A stretch of DNA of 64,000 nucleotides from NCBI GenBank assembly GCA_950097015.1, contig CATNEN010000003.1, positions 3,472,001 to 3,536,000 on the forward strand. The letters are read 5' to 3'. The first letter of the stretch is position 1; every line of letters begins with the position of its first letter. The translations under genes were made by a program, and so were the position numbers. This document shows, in pieces, positions 24,175 through 37,959 of this stretch. Source of the DNA: Macrostomum hystrix. Lineage: Eukaryota; Animalia; Platyhelminthes. The notes under the pieces were generated by a model. That model had not been told where the DNA came from and did no database searches. It saw only the letters and a list, made by a program, of their open reading frames with translations.

Positions 24175-27100
24175 ACGTCTCATAGTTGCTTTTAGATTTG
24201 AGATTGATCGTAAAGTTATCGTTAAAAAATCTCGTTTTACGGAATTCACGAGTGTCATACATATAGCTGTCTTGATTTTTGTCGATGCTTAAAATAATAA
24301 ATGTTTAGTTTCATAGTTTCTACCATGTTTGTTTGTTTCATTTTTTAATATTTGTCTTCAGTTGGCTACCATGACTGCTGTTATTCTTAACCATGGAAAT
24401 TGAAAAAAATAGACAAAATTGAATTACATTTTTCATTATATCGGAAACTTGGTATACAGCGTTAAGTTTGCGTAAAAAACGGAAAAATCAGCTCATTGAC
24501 TTTTTGATGAGCCATTATTGAAGAAAATTTATGTATTTCATTTTTGTTTAGGCTCCTCAATTTAGCTTTCTTTGTTTCGTTTACTACATAGCTTCCAATT
24601 TGTTTACGCTATTAACTTTTCCGGGCCTTATACGTTGAGTGATAGTTTGTTATAAATAAATCAATTACGGAATGTTATCACTTGTATCAACTTGTAATCA
24701 ACTTATATATTAACTAAAATTGTATAATTTTCTTTCTAGATACGAATACATCATAATCGTTCTAATTTTATTAACAAAAGCATTGTTTGCTTTTTTGCAC
24801 CAGTTGTACTAACTTCCAATGCACAAAAATGTACTCACGAACAGTAAAAAATAATGCTGTTTTATGTTTAGTGAGACGTGTTGAAGAAATGAAAAAGGGA
24901 AATGAATTTAACAATAACAGAAAAGTTTGATGCTGTATTGTTGTTAAATTATGATTTCATTCATAGAATACAGGATTTCTGTATTCAAACACCTATTTTC
25001 TAAGTAGTATTTATCTCACGTATCGAATCAATCACGTATCATTTCGTATCGAATTGCATGCTGTTTCGAAACTTGTGTGTCTGAAATACGTTCTTTAAAA
25101 AACCCTTGACACAAATGATTTTTTAAAACTTATTTATTTTTTAAGACGTTAAGAAATAATGTGCATCGGATAAGCAACAATTTCAGTGTAAAAATTTAAT
25201 AAAACGTGATTTTCGATTTTTATCTTCATCTGATGTACACTGTTTACTACTGTTAGTACACAACTTAGAGCATGGCATGTGTCCCATATAGATTTTTCTT
25301 TCCTCAGGCATCGTTGTACTGTTTACTCGACTAGGCATATTTTGTCGAAATTTGATGTCATTTATTCCTAGAAATCTATGAATCTAGGAATATTTTTAAC
25401 CAAGATGCTTCAAATGGTCTTTTTTATCAGAACTCTATATTTGTATTTACTCGTACTTTTGAACAAAAAGTAGTTATCATCTGGTAGTTTTTGTTTTGTC
25501 TGCTTTTTATGTTAGATTGCGTTCTGTAGTTAAACTAGATGTATACAGACTAGATGTGTTTTCATTTTTTGTCAAAAAGCTTTAACTGAAACGCGCCCAG
25601 CCTAATCTGCTGTTAACCTGTATAATGGAGTACTTAATACATGTACTATTAGTGCAAATTGTGCGTCCTCTGCTTCTCATACTCATTGAAATTTTAATGC
25701 TACATATAAAAATTGCTAGGCTTTTAAGAAATTGCTTTTTTTCCTGTTATTCTCCTTCTGGTTTGCGCCAAGAAGACTTATAAATCATATTTTAGTTTGT
25801 CTTGTCGCTATGCTGGATGTTTAAATTAGACTATTTATCAATTTTGGCAGGTTTCGTTTTGTATAGTTTTATTTTTCTTCGGAATTTGTTATTAGCCATT
25901 TTAACCGCCACAAAATAATTATAACTATAATATTATCTTAACTGGTAAGATACTGTATATGTAGTCACAGAAAAATATAAAAAAATTAAATATATATCGC
26001 CTATAGAAGCTTAGTAGTCCAAGTGCGTTTTTTGTCACCGCTTTTTGTCCGCTTTTGTCTAAGGGCGTAGTTTCTAACTGGCAACTTTTTCTGCTCTTTA
26101 TTACATTTCTTTTTTTCTGGCTTATTAACAATTAATGGGACGAACTTGGACAATTAGTCAAGATTTGCATGATGTACAATGTACATGAACGTGTTAAGTT
26201 TGACCTTTCCCAATCATACAATTTAGCCGGTGGCGTTTCACATATCAGCAATTCGACAACGTCGATCTCTTTCTTAACATTGAAATTTCCTAACGTAGAT
26301 TTTACCGTAACGTCGATTTGCACTGATACTTCGCAACCGTCGAATCGTACGATAGGGAGTTTTGCTTGACAAACTTCAACTTTTCGAACTCAGAACTTGG
26401 CGAACTCGAAATGGTGCTGAAAGTCAAAAAATCTAAAATATCTAAAAAGACATCCTGCAAAAAAACCAACATGCTATCTAGGCCTAGGCCGAAATACTAA
26501 AAAAATACAAGCTAGCTGATCAGATAGTTGCGAAGACTCCTATCCTTACCATAAATTTCAACGATATGAAGTCTCCTATTCAGTCAGTGGCTTCGAAGGT
26601 GCGCTGTTCGGTCCATTTCGTTTGACCGATTTGGTTGGATGGTTTATGGTTTTGCTCCATACGGAAGCTCTATGGTTTTGCTTTTACGGAAGTGCTGATT
26701 GTGCAATAACTTCGCGTAAATTTAACTTACGGTTTGTTAAAATGTAATGAAAATTCGCACGCGCTTACTACTAAAATGGGAAACGCAGATTTTGTTCGAG
26801 CTAGCTTAATGGGAGTTGGAAACAAACTTAATCCTTGTATGTAAATATTTAATAATAATATTTCAGTGAAAATTATGCTTTATGCTTTCTAAGCCATAAT
26901 GCTTTCTAAGCCATAATGCTTTCTAAGCCTAGGCGGTAGGCCTAACTACTAAACAATACTAGCTCGCTGAATGAATAAGCTAAGTTGAACTATCATTAAG
27001 GCCTATCAATTACCCACAGGCCACAATACTGAATCACTAATGTTTCCTCGCCTTGTACAAGCTTATAATTCAATCCAACCCTGTATATTACCCTTTATTG

Positions 27101-28821
27101 GCTAGTGACTTGTGAACACCAAATTTGGATCCAACCCTTTGTTCACTGTTTATATTCAATACATTTTTTCATTTAGTACCAAGGTTATAGGCCTATCTTT
27201 CTAGCTTTTTAGACAAATTACTAACAGTTTGGACTCTTTATTTACTTAAAACTTTTGTCTAAGTAATGTTGGGACCTTTCTCCCCCAAGAAACTTTTATA
27301 TTTACATTTTTATTTTTATTAGCAAGAAAGCTAGGAATCATTGTTCCATAAGCCTAGTAGTGAAGGTGGCCTTTGCCATAGAAAATTCTAGCACACATCA
27401 GGGTTACTCAGGGGTAGCGCACACTCAGTGCACAATAATAGCTCACACAGGTGTCTTTGGTATATACTGTGCATAGTAATAGTACATAACATAGGCCTAG
27501 TATATGTCAGTGGTCTTTGATACATGAGAAACATACAGAAACAGTACCCAAATGGCACAGTTGGCACACACCACACAGTTTGTCCCCTCAAAATTTATTC
27601 AGGTGCACACTGTGCCATCTGCTTGATTATGGGGGTGGTTACTTTGGTATATTTAATAAGCATATGGTTAAAACAAACTACTAACTTCTCTGTTATTAAT
27701 TAGCTTTTGATATAAGTTTAAAAAGCATTTCTACAATAAAATAAGCACAATGCATATGTTTGCTTCAAATTTCTAGATACTTGGTCTATTCTTAATTCTT
27801 AAATTTCTTGTCTACAACAAGGTAAACTTATTAACTTTTTTGTTTGAAATCTTAACTGGCTACATTAGAAAAACTTCAATTGACTTGAGTTCTGTAAATA
27901 AAAGTTTCCTATATATAAACAGTTTATATTTATCGCTATTAGTTTATTATATGCAATTATTTTTTTAGTGCTTCAGGCCTATATCTATGAATTGGAAAAA
28001 ATGTACAATATATGTAGATCCTATTTGTGCTAAATCTGAAGTTTAAAGATTAAACAGATAAAAAATGTATAATAATAAAGTCATTTTCTATCTTTCTTTC
28101 TGCTACTTGTGCCTAAAACCCAATAATGCATAATTAATATATTCAATTGAGGTCTTAACTTTCTTGTGCTAATTACTCTATTAGTATGGAAACTAAAGTA
28201 ATAAAACATTTCTAATTGTCTCAGATTATTATAGAGCCACAAGCATAGCTGCAGTTCCTCTAAAGGCTGTTCTGCTGTTTAGCCCATAGACAAATGAGTA
28301 AGATTCTGTCAAGAGCAAAATATGGCACAAATAATTTGTTTCTTATAGCAAAGCACTTTGTATTGATTTACTTATTCACTCAGCTGTGAAAATTGGTTTC
28401 AGTATAGTATAGAAAGTTGGTTTGTCTTGACAGCACCCCTCCAGTCCATGAGTAGGCAGTCACAATTTATCTGCACTATGTATTTTACCACTGCTGCTGA
28501 TGCTGTAATTGACCAGTTTTGGGCACTTCAGGCTTTTAATTGGAAAATTGGAAGCTCGAGTTTAAGGCTATGAGGAAACTGATTTATTGTCATCTAAAAA
28601 CCCATATTTAGCTGCCACAGTGCTTCAGTTTATTTTCAGAATGGATTTTTAATGGATATCAGCATTAGCTGGATAATCAATTTGGAAGACTGTCCACTGG
28701 GCTATAATTCTAATAGTATATTAAAAGTACAAAAAATATTTTTAGTACAAATTACACCTGCTCAATTAGGCCAAATGTACAGCCAATGCTATTGTGTGAT
28801 GCATCTAAAGGCTGCATATGG

Positions 28822-28990
28822 CACACCCTCATTTACCCCAGCTAATTCTGGCATCCATTTAACTGCTTGGTGGACTCTGGCAATGCAGAGTTGGGTCTCT
28901 TGCTTAAAGATACAGATTGTACCAGTGGAGACGGGAATCGAACCCCTGACTTTCAAGTCATTAGTGCGAGTCTCTCACCACTATACTAAA
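28822..28990 (-). mobile_element. Diverged CORE-type SINE copy
   Basis: Reverse complement has tagtatagtggtgagag...ggggttcgattcccg...gcaagagacccaactctgcattgcc...agttaaatgga. Confidence 0.7.
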
Positions 28991-29121
28991 AGTGATCTTT
29001 ATTAACTTACTTCTTTATGTTCTTATTGCCAGCACCCTTATTAAACCGTTTCAGCAAGAATTACGAACCAAGGCTTCTCATCTATTCAATCAAAAGCATC
29101 TAAAGTTTAAAATTCCAAATC

Positions 29122-29505
29122 ATGTCAGACGAAGTGAACCCGAAAGCCTATCCGCTGGCGGATGCCGTGCTAACCGAGAAGATCCTCGAGCTAGTTAAAC
29201 AGGCCGTCAGCTACAAGCAGATGAAGAAGGGCGCCAACGAGGCTACTAAGGCTTTGAATCGCGGCCTAGCCGAATTCATTGTAATGGCGGCAGACGCTGA
29301 GCCATTGGAAATTCTGCTGCACCTGCCGCTACTATGCGAGGATAAGAACGTGCCGTACGTGTTTGTCCGGTCCAAGGTTAATCTAGGTCGCTGCTGCGGC
29401 GTCTCGCGTCCAGTCATCGCCTGCGCCGTGCTGCAGAACGAGGGCTCCGAGCTAAAACCGTTGATCAATTCGTTGCAGCAGTCCATTGAAAAACTGCTCA
29501 TTTGA
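29122..29505 (+). CDS. SNU13: SNU13 / NHP2L1 / 15.5K kink-turn-binding protein (U4 snRNP, box C/D snoRNP), 127 aa, intronless CDS
   Basis: [11 protein letters not shown]...[63 protein letters not shown]; aataaa at about 29810. Confidence 0.97.
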   Translation: MSDEVNPKAYPLADAVLTEKILELVKQAVSYKQMKKGANEATKALNRGLAEFIVMAADAEPLEILLHLPLLCEDKNVPYVFVRSKVNLGRCCGVSRPVIACAVLQNEGSELKPLINSLQQSIEKLLI

Positions 29506-30996
29506 GACTGTATGTTTATTGGGGTTAAACACGTTGAGATTATAATATGAAATCTGGGTGGCTGCGCAATTTTTTCGATCTGCTGTTTCTAGGGGCAACA
29601 AACAGGCGTAATATTGCTATTGGTTGAGTACCGCTCTCTTGTCACCTTTCTATTAGCGACGCTACCTGTGCGCTTCGCCCATCGAAACGGCCGGCTGACT
29701 CTTAAGTTGCTCTCAATTCAAGTATTTTAGTAAAGCTTGATTGAAAAAGAATAGAAAATGTAATCGCAGTATGTTGTGTAATATATGCGTGTTCTAATTT
29801 ACTACGATTAATAAAGTGAATATCATGCTGGAAATGTTTTCGTTAACATTTCGTTAGCCCGACAGACGCGTGCATTTCAGCACAGCAGCATTTTGCTCCA
29901 ACTTTTGTCACTTTATGTTGAAATCATCTGTTTGGTTCGGTCTTTTCTAATTGTTTTTTTTTCTTGCAATGTAAAACGTCTCAAAAGTAAAATATCAGGG
30001 CTATTGCAGGAGTTTCTAGGGTCGAGGCGCTTCAGCAGCACTTCAGTGCAAGGGAATGAAAATGTTACCGAATTGGAGTCTGTTGAATGCACCACAGGGC
30101 ATTTGGAGGTACACAGCGCAGAATGTTACCCCGACTAAGTTAGATAAGTAACCATGGCCCAACAAGGACGTTTGTTGTCCCTTTGTGAGGGCCGGCAGCA
30201 GTACATTTTTATAAATGTGCTATCAATCCTGGTGGACAGGGACGGTTAGGACGTGCAGCATATACATGACGTTAAAAAACGAACATGATTACTTGACTAG
30301 CGCTGTAAATTAACTCAAATAATTAATTTTAAATTCATAATTTAAAAGGGCAATACATTATCGTGTTCATAGGGTCATGCTCTTCGCTTCTGGACACCGT
30401 AACAAATTGATGTCGTTAAAATCTTATTTCTGTCTTAAAATAAATAATCATGCAATCACGCGGTATATAGTTAGGTGAAAATTACACTATAAAATCAAAG
30501 TATACACCTTCATGTTTTTTTATTAAAAAATAATTTTTGTTTTTTCTAGCGGGATGTATACTTTTCAAAACTCACCTTATGCAAGATTTTTTTGAAGGAA
30601 CAACAAAAGAATGTGACGTGTAAATTTTATGGTGAATGCTATCATTGCTATGCACGCAATAATGTCATCTTTTATATAATATCATAAAAATCAGATTATC
30701 GCTTCTTTCTTAGTTTAGCTAGCTGTTATCAATTAGATTATGATGTTTAGCCATTATGTAAGAGCTGTATTTAAAATTTTACTTAAAAATATAGTAGGCC
30801 TAGTTATTTTTTACTTGTCATGTTTAGGCCTACTTCATAAAATATTAAGATGAGTAGCGCTATTTAGGCATGTAACTCAGCAGTCATATAATTTTACTGT
30901 AGTATTATTTAGTCTAGCTATGTTAGTCAGAATAAGTGTTTCTATAACTGTATTAAGTATTTCTTAGGGTTAGGCTTTGCTAGTTGTATATGGCTA

Positions 30997-31259
30997 CATA
31001 CATGCGCAACACCCGGCCGGGTGAAACGAGGGCCAAGCAAGGTATCTCGCAAAAACTAATCAACCAAGCGCAAAAAAATCAAAGGGGGGACCAAGGGACA
31101 AAAAAGGAAGGTGTGAAGAAAAGGAAAAAGGGGAGAGAAAAAGAGAGCAAATGAGAGCAAACTAAGTCCTAAATAGAGCAATGAAATGAACTAAGTCACA
31201 AATGAGAGCAAAAACTAAGTCGCAAGGCCGGCTAAGATTTGGGAGGTTGTGCATGTATG
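30997..31259. mobile_element. hAT-type MITE (263 bp) with perfect 8-bp TSD
   Basis: TIRs catacatgcgcaac / gttgtgcatgtatg; TSD tatggcta at 30989-30996 and 31260-31267. Confidence 0.92.
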
Positions 31260-32963
31260 TATGGCTAGGCCTAACATTTTAATGAGATCCTGCAAGTCTG
31301 CAGTCCATAATCTTGTTATTATATTGCCTAAGCAAAAGTGCTAGAATAATTTATGTGGTTTACAATAAATAAGTTCACTGATATTTCTAACTATGCTCTT
31401 AGGTCGTTGAGAAGAATGTATATATTTATGAATTAGGTTTTATTTATCTAGACTAGCTAGTAGGCCTACATAGAATTAAGATACCCAGTAGTACTAATTT
31501 TGGCAACATGTATACTCACAGTCATGTGCCAATAAAAACAATTGCATGCTTCTATGCTAATAGTGCCAACACTAAGTGTTTATCATTAAACATATTCAAA
31601 GTAGGCCTACTTTTTGCTTTTGTCTATATGATGGGGAGTATAGACTTATTTTTCTTGCTTTTCTTGCTTGCTTTGGCAATAAATTTTGCCACCTAACTAT
31701 GCCAATAACTTGCTGACTATGTCGTTTAGTACTGTGGCAATAAGGCCCACTTATTGGTGTGGTGTGTAAGACTATTTTGATAGGTTAAAGTCTAAGGCTC
31801 CTACATTTTCTATATAAATAATAAAGCCCTCTTATTAGGCCTACCACAGAAAACTTTGATAAATTGGCTCCAGTATCTTTAAAAACATCTACAATCTACA
31901 ATCTACATCAATGTTTTAGCAATAAAGCCCACTTATTGTAATGTTTCAAAACATGGCCTTCTTAGAAGTGTGAGTGAAACAATTAAAATCATGTGAAACA
32001 AGTTTTGTCCATCCTAATGAATGTTATATTCAATGTTTATTAATTTTTTCTAAAATCAATTCAAAACTTTTATATACTTTTCAAAATGTATCAAATATAT
32101 ACTTTTGTTGCCATGCCCATAGCATTAATGTAGAAATGTAAGAGCCTATCTCACTAGTCTCACTTGTCTCTCAAATCTTTTTTTAGGATAGGAATCTAGC
32201 TAGTATAGGCCTATTTGACAATTTAATGTTGAAATTATTGCACTATTAGTTTAAAAATGAATTTAAGTAATATAAAGAAGTTGGGCATTCTTTTCAAATA
32301 GTTTTTTTAACTGTTTTTCTGAAAGTTTAATTTCAAATCAAAACAATCAGAAACAATGATATGATGAGTGTCAAATGTTGTGTCCAAATTCTGCAGGATT
32401 GCATGTCAAAATTCAGCAGGGGTAATAATAAGGGAGTTTGGATCGGCAATAAATGATAGTGCTGCCAAGCAGCCTCCTGGCATGGTGTTAATAGACTTGA
32501 AGTGTGTGTTAGTTAGTAGTAGAAAATTAGTACAGTGTAAACAAATCTGTAAAGAAATCTGCTAAATGTGTTATAGATGATAAGTTGTAATTTATTTGGT
32601 GGCATTATCATTTTGAAAGCAAGTGTGCATACTGTAGTTGGTTGTTAAAAAATATTTTAAAATCAAGTCAGTTATGCAACTGTTCATGAATCAAATTGTA
32701 TGACATATGATTTTATATTCAGTATATGGATGTATAGTATATTGATGTTAGTAGCAAGTCTTCATAAGAAAAACTAAAAAACAACAGACCAACTTTTTAA
32801 ACACTTATTATGATTTTTTCATAATATGATGCTTTTTCGTCTAGGGTTTTCTTTTCGTCTTTAGGATTTTCGTGTCTAGGGTCTGTAGAACAGTATAAAC
32901 AAGCTAGCTATCCCAACTGATTTCCAGGTTACCATTTCGCCACTTATCTCAGCACACCACCAG

Positions 32964-35900
32964 ATGGTAACAATGGCCGATGACGACCAAACAGAGTGCC
33001 CGCTGTGCATGGAGCCGCTAGATTTTGATGATTTAGCATTCTATCCTTGTCCATGCGAGTATCAGGTTAGGCTTGATGTCATTTGATAAAAATTAGTATA
33101 GCTAACAACAGACAAAATATAGAGAAAAAATACTTCTAGAAGTGGTTGACGTCGATTGTTGAACAGTTTTAGCATTGTTTTTTCATGACATTTAACGTCA
33201 ACCCAAAACCTTTAACTCCCTAGATATGTAGGTTCTGTTGGACTAAGATCTTAGACGAAGGCAATGGACTATGCCCTGCGTGTCGAAATGTAAGTTGAAG
33301 CGAAGCAACATGCTGTTCCACTAAATTGAGTTTTTTTCGTTCATAGTTTTAGTGCGTCTAAATCGCTGCTACATTGAAATTCATCTGCCCTACCTACCCA
33401 AACAAATCAAGGCGTACAATTCAGAGAAGCCCGCGTCGTTTAAACCTTTGACGGAAGAGGAGTAAGTCGGTTCTAAAACGCTGACTGTCTTATAAAATGC
33501 AATCCAGTAACTTTAAGCAACATGCAATATTTAGGTTGCTATGAATAAATGTTTGAAAGATCTGAACATGAGGATTTGATATCTGAATGTCAGGATTTAG
33601 TATCTGAATGTCAGGATTTAATATCTGAATGTCAGGATTTAGTATCTGAATGTCAGGATTTAGTATCTAAATGTCAGGATTTAGTATCTAAATTTCAGGA
33701 TTTAGGATCTGAATGTCAGGATTTAGGATCTGAATGTCAGGATTTAGTATCTAAATGTCAGGATTTAGTATCTAAATTTCAGGATTTAGGATCTGAATGT
33801 CAGGATTTAGGATCTGAATGTCAGGATTATATTTCTAAACTTCCGGATTTTGTATGTGAATGTTAGTTTTCTTCAGTTGAAGTTGCATAATTTCTATAAA
33901 TTTCTTTATATCTGAAAAGTTAAATTCGCTAGTTAAAGTTCTCTTAAAAACGGTGAACCGCATCTCAGGATAATGAAGATTCGCAAGACCAAGAAGATGA
34001 AGGAGCAAGCCCGAAAGCAGCAACAGAAGGTCACCGAGGGTAACGTCTATAAGAAGGCTTTAAACGAGGTTCGAGTTGTGCAGCACAATCTGGTGTTTGT
34101 CATTGGCCTGCCAGCGAGGCTAGCCGACGCCGATGTACTTCGCGGTGCGGAATACTTTGGCAAATACGGCCGGGTGTACAAGATCGCGTTGTCCAGGCCA
34201 ACCAATGTTGGCGGCGCTGGCGCCCAGGCATCGTTTGGCGCCTACGTGACCTTCTACAAATCTGAGGATGCCATCAGGGCGCTGTTGGATTTGCGCAACA
34301 CCGAGATCGATCGCAGAACATTGAAGGCTTCGTTAGGCACCACCAAGTATTGCAGCTCCTATTTGAAGGGTCACACCTGCCCTAAGCCGGATTGTATGTA
34401 CCTTCACGAACTGGGCGATCCCAATGCTAGTTTCACCAAAGAGGAAATGAATGCCGGTAAGCACAATGAATTCGAGGACAGACTAGTTCAACAGTTTCTA
34501 AGCAATCAGAAGAAGAGCACAGCTAATCACAGTCAGCAGCAGCAGAGACAGGCTGCGGCGGGGCCTTCGTCAGCTTCCGCCGCAGCCGCCAGTGGCTCTG
34601 TCAGCGCAGCTGTTGGCGCTTCCGGTGGAACTTCTATCAAAGCTAGCAAAAAGGCGACGAAAAAAGCTGCTGCCGCTGCAGCTGCGGCCGCCGCTGCCAC
34701 GGCATCGGGTTCCGGTGCCAATGGCGGCGACAAGTCTAAGCAGCAGCAGCAGCAGCCTATAGCGGCTAGGCCAGCATCCAGCATTCAGGGTTCAGTTCAG
34801 GACAGCTCTCAGGTTCTACAGAGGCAACAGCAGCAGCAGCTGCAATCAGACAGTGGAGGCACTTCGGCAGTTCGTCAGACCAGAAATCATCATCAGCAGC
34901 AGCAGCAACAACAGCAGAGAAGCAGCAGAGGTGAATCGCCAGTTATATCCTCAGCAGCGCCAGTAGCAGACAGTGTATTAACTTCAGTTCCATCATCATT
35001 GTCAGTATCGGCGAGTTTACTTTCGTCCTCTTCAGTTTCAACAGCGTCAGCAGCAACAACAGCAGCGGCGGCAACGTCGGCAGCCACTTTGAACTCCGCT
35101 GTCTCGTCGCCTATTGGTCCGTCGCCGATGCCCGTCCCGGCTCCAATGCTGGGCGGCTCAAGCCAGCTTTTTAGCGGCTTCGGCGCCGGACTAGGCGGCT
35201 ATTCCTTCAACGGATCCGCAACCACTTCCATAGTGCCGGCTCCACTGCCGCAGCAGCAGCAGATGGCCGGCACGCCGACAACAAACACCGCGACAGCATA
35301 CTCTTGCGACGATTTAGATTTCGATCCATTTAGCGAATCGCAGAGAGGACTAAGCGAATGTCTGCAAGACGAACAGCAGATGGCCCTGCATGTGCATCAT
35401 CATCAGCAGCAGCAACTGCCGCCCGGTTTTTTTCCGCACCAGCAGCAGCATCTTCATCATCGGGGCGTCATCGGCGGACCAGTTTCATCGTCGGCTGCTG
35501 GCACAATTGAACCACCGCCGGGATTGTTTCGTTCGACGCAGCATCTGCAGCAACAGCAGCAGCAGCATCAACAGCATCAGCAGCAGCAGCAGCAATCGGA
35601 GTCTGAACTGCGGTATCTGGCACAGACTCTGCGCAGCTTATTCCCGAATGCTAATGTAAGTTACGGTGGGCACAGCAACTCAGCCTATCCAGACACTACT
35701 GCAGCCGCTGCTGCTGCTGCGGCCGCTGTTTCAGCTAGCAACTCATCTGCTGCGTCAATGTTCGGCTTCGGCAACATCGGGTCCGGCCGACCGCCCCAGT
35801 CGCTCTCCTCCGCTGTTGGCGGCGGTCACAGATTCGCTCCGGTGATGCCGCCGGGAGCTTCGCCGCCGCCACCGTCGGCCACATCGTCTGCCGGCCTCGG

Positions 35901-36270
35901 CATAATCGGCGCCGGAAATTCCCTGCTGTCGCCGACTATTTCGTCGCCAACGATGGCTTCGAAATTGCCGCCGCCTGGACTTTGGTCAGATCCGGCCATT
36001 GTGTCCAGTCATCATCAGCAACAGCAGCAGCAGAGGCATCAGCAGCCGACATTCAGTGGACTAAGTGGCAGCTTCTTTACCGGCGGCATTAGCAGCAGCA
36101 GCAACGGTGGCCTGGTTAGCGGCAGTCATCTGTTTGGCTCTGGCGGTCAGGAAGCTCTGTGGCCCAGACTGTCGCCATTTGCCATCGATGATCCGCCGAT
36201 GTTTCAACACCATCAGCAGCAGCATCAGCAGTCAGCAGAAAGCGCGGCTGGATTCTACAGGACGGCCTAG
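32964..36270 (+). CDS. CNOT4: CCR4-NOT subunit 4 (NOT4) RING E3 ligase; exons 32964(or 32973)-33065, 33224-33289, 33412-33461, 33969-36270
   Basis: C4C4 RING ECPLCMEPL...FYPCPCEYQ|ICRFCW...CPACR; RRM VRVVQHNLVFVIGL...EYFGKYG; LGTTKYC...C...CMYLHE CCCH finger; phase-consistent GT-AG junctions. Confidence 0.95.
33560..33830. repeat. 21-bp minisatellite (atctgaatgtcaggatttagt) in CNOT4 intron 3
   Basis: About 12 units. Confidence 0.9.
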
Positions 36271-37019
36271 AGATAGAATTGTTGTTTGGTAGTGTTTTTT
36301 TCCATCGCAGAATAAATTAAAACAAATCACAAACAATTTCAGCAACAGCAAAAATTTTTTTGGGGGTTTTGTGTGGCTGTGCAATTGTGCGAAATGTTTC
36401 TGCTGAATTTATTGACTAAATTAATGAAGCTTTATTATACTATTTATCAGTAGTATTTAGACGAATTTAATATGGTACGAAGAGTCCATCGATAGTTTAG
36501 TAAAAGAATGTCGGCCATCTCTACATTAATATAAAAAATAAGTTTCCGCTATTTATCTACACCAGAAATATTCTGTTTGCGTTTTGTCATCTCCGCAATG
36601 ATCCTTAGGGTTGGTTATTATTTTTTTGTTCGCGTTTGACACTGTGACAGGATTATTTTTAGTAAATCTTTATTTAATTAGGCGTAATTAAGTAATAACA
36701 AGTATCTTCTAAATACCGATTAACACGCACCTAGCAACACCGAACCCCCGACCCGACAGACCTACAGAGAAAGAGACTAGTTAAACAACTGCTGCAGCGC
36801 GCTAACGTTCGCTTTACAATGCGTTCGATCGATTACACTGGAAGCTCTGCTACTTGAAAGTTTAAACTAACATTAAAACACTAAATTGATTTGTTGCTGA
36901 GTTCCTGAGTTATTGCTGTTTCTTATTTTAAACTTGATGTACAGGTCGGCTTCATCCGGCGCCTTTCAACATATACTGTCTCATTTCCCTCTCATTTCCA
37001 TTTCCCTCTTCACTTACGA

Positions 37020-37390
37020 GTAGCCTGTCTCATCTCTCCCCTGTCTCATCTCTCCCCTGTCTCATCTCTCCTCTGTCTCATCTCTCCTTTGTCTCATCTC
37101 TCCTCTGTCTCATCTCTCCTCTGTCTCATCTCTCCCCTGTCTCATCTCTCCTCTGTCTCATCTCTCCTCTGTCCCATCTCTCCTCTGTCTCATCTCTCCC
37201 CTGCCTCATCTCTCCCCTGTCTCATCTCTCCCATGCCTAATCTCTCCCCTGTCTCATATCTTCCGTGCCTCATCTCTCCCCTGTCTCATCTCTCCCCTGT
37301 CTCATATCTTCCGTGCCTCATCTCTCCCCTGTCTCATCTCTACCCCGTCTCGTAGCATGTCTCCTCTATATTTTCTTATCTCTCCCATGT
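37020..37390. repeat. 16-bp CT-rich satellite (tgtctcatctctcccc family)
   Basis: Direct tandem array. Confidence 0.9.
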
Positions 37391-37959
37391 TTCACATCTT
37401 AATTCTTGATGTCCGCTCCCTTATATGACCCAAAAGTTAGAAACAGCCACGACTTCAGTATTTCGAATCAGTCAGGAGTTCAGTTACGCTCGTAAATATG
37501 TGGCAGTCCGCAGCTTATTAGCAAATGCGTATATTGGTATACTTTGGCGAAAAGATATTAAATTTCGATATAATTCGACAAGAGCAAATAAAATATATTA
37601 CGTAACTTTTGGTTGGATTGTGGTTTTTACTTTGATTGCATAATCATCGAGCAAACACGTATAGAGTGGTGTCAAATATTAACAATAACTGATTGACTTG
37701 ATGTGCAGAACATGGCAACGATGGCTTATACTATAACATCTGCATGGCTTAATTGTGGACATTTGTGGACATTGTTGATTTAATACCGAATCTTCTCACA
37801 TACGTATTACAAGTAGTGTAGATAGGAAATATAATGGAAATAAATAATTAATTCGAAATTAATATTATAAATTTATTAGAAGGCAAGTTATAAAAGCTCA
37901 GTTCCAATTATCCTGGAGTCGAATCCTCAATAACCTTTAATATTAATTTCGAATCATTT

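Noticed and set aside
33549-33866. Heptad-like ORF (SECQDLV)n
   Set aside because: It is the translation of a 21-bp minisatellite inside CNOT4 intron 3.
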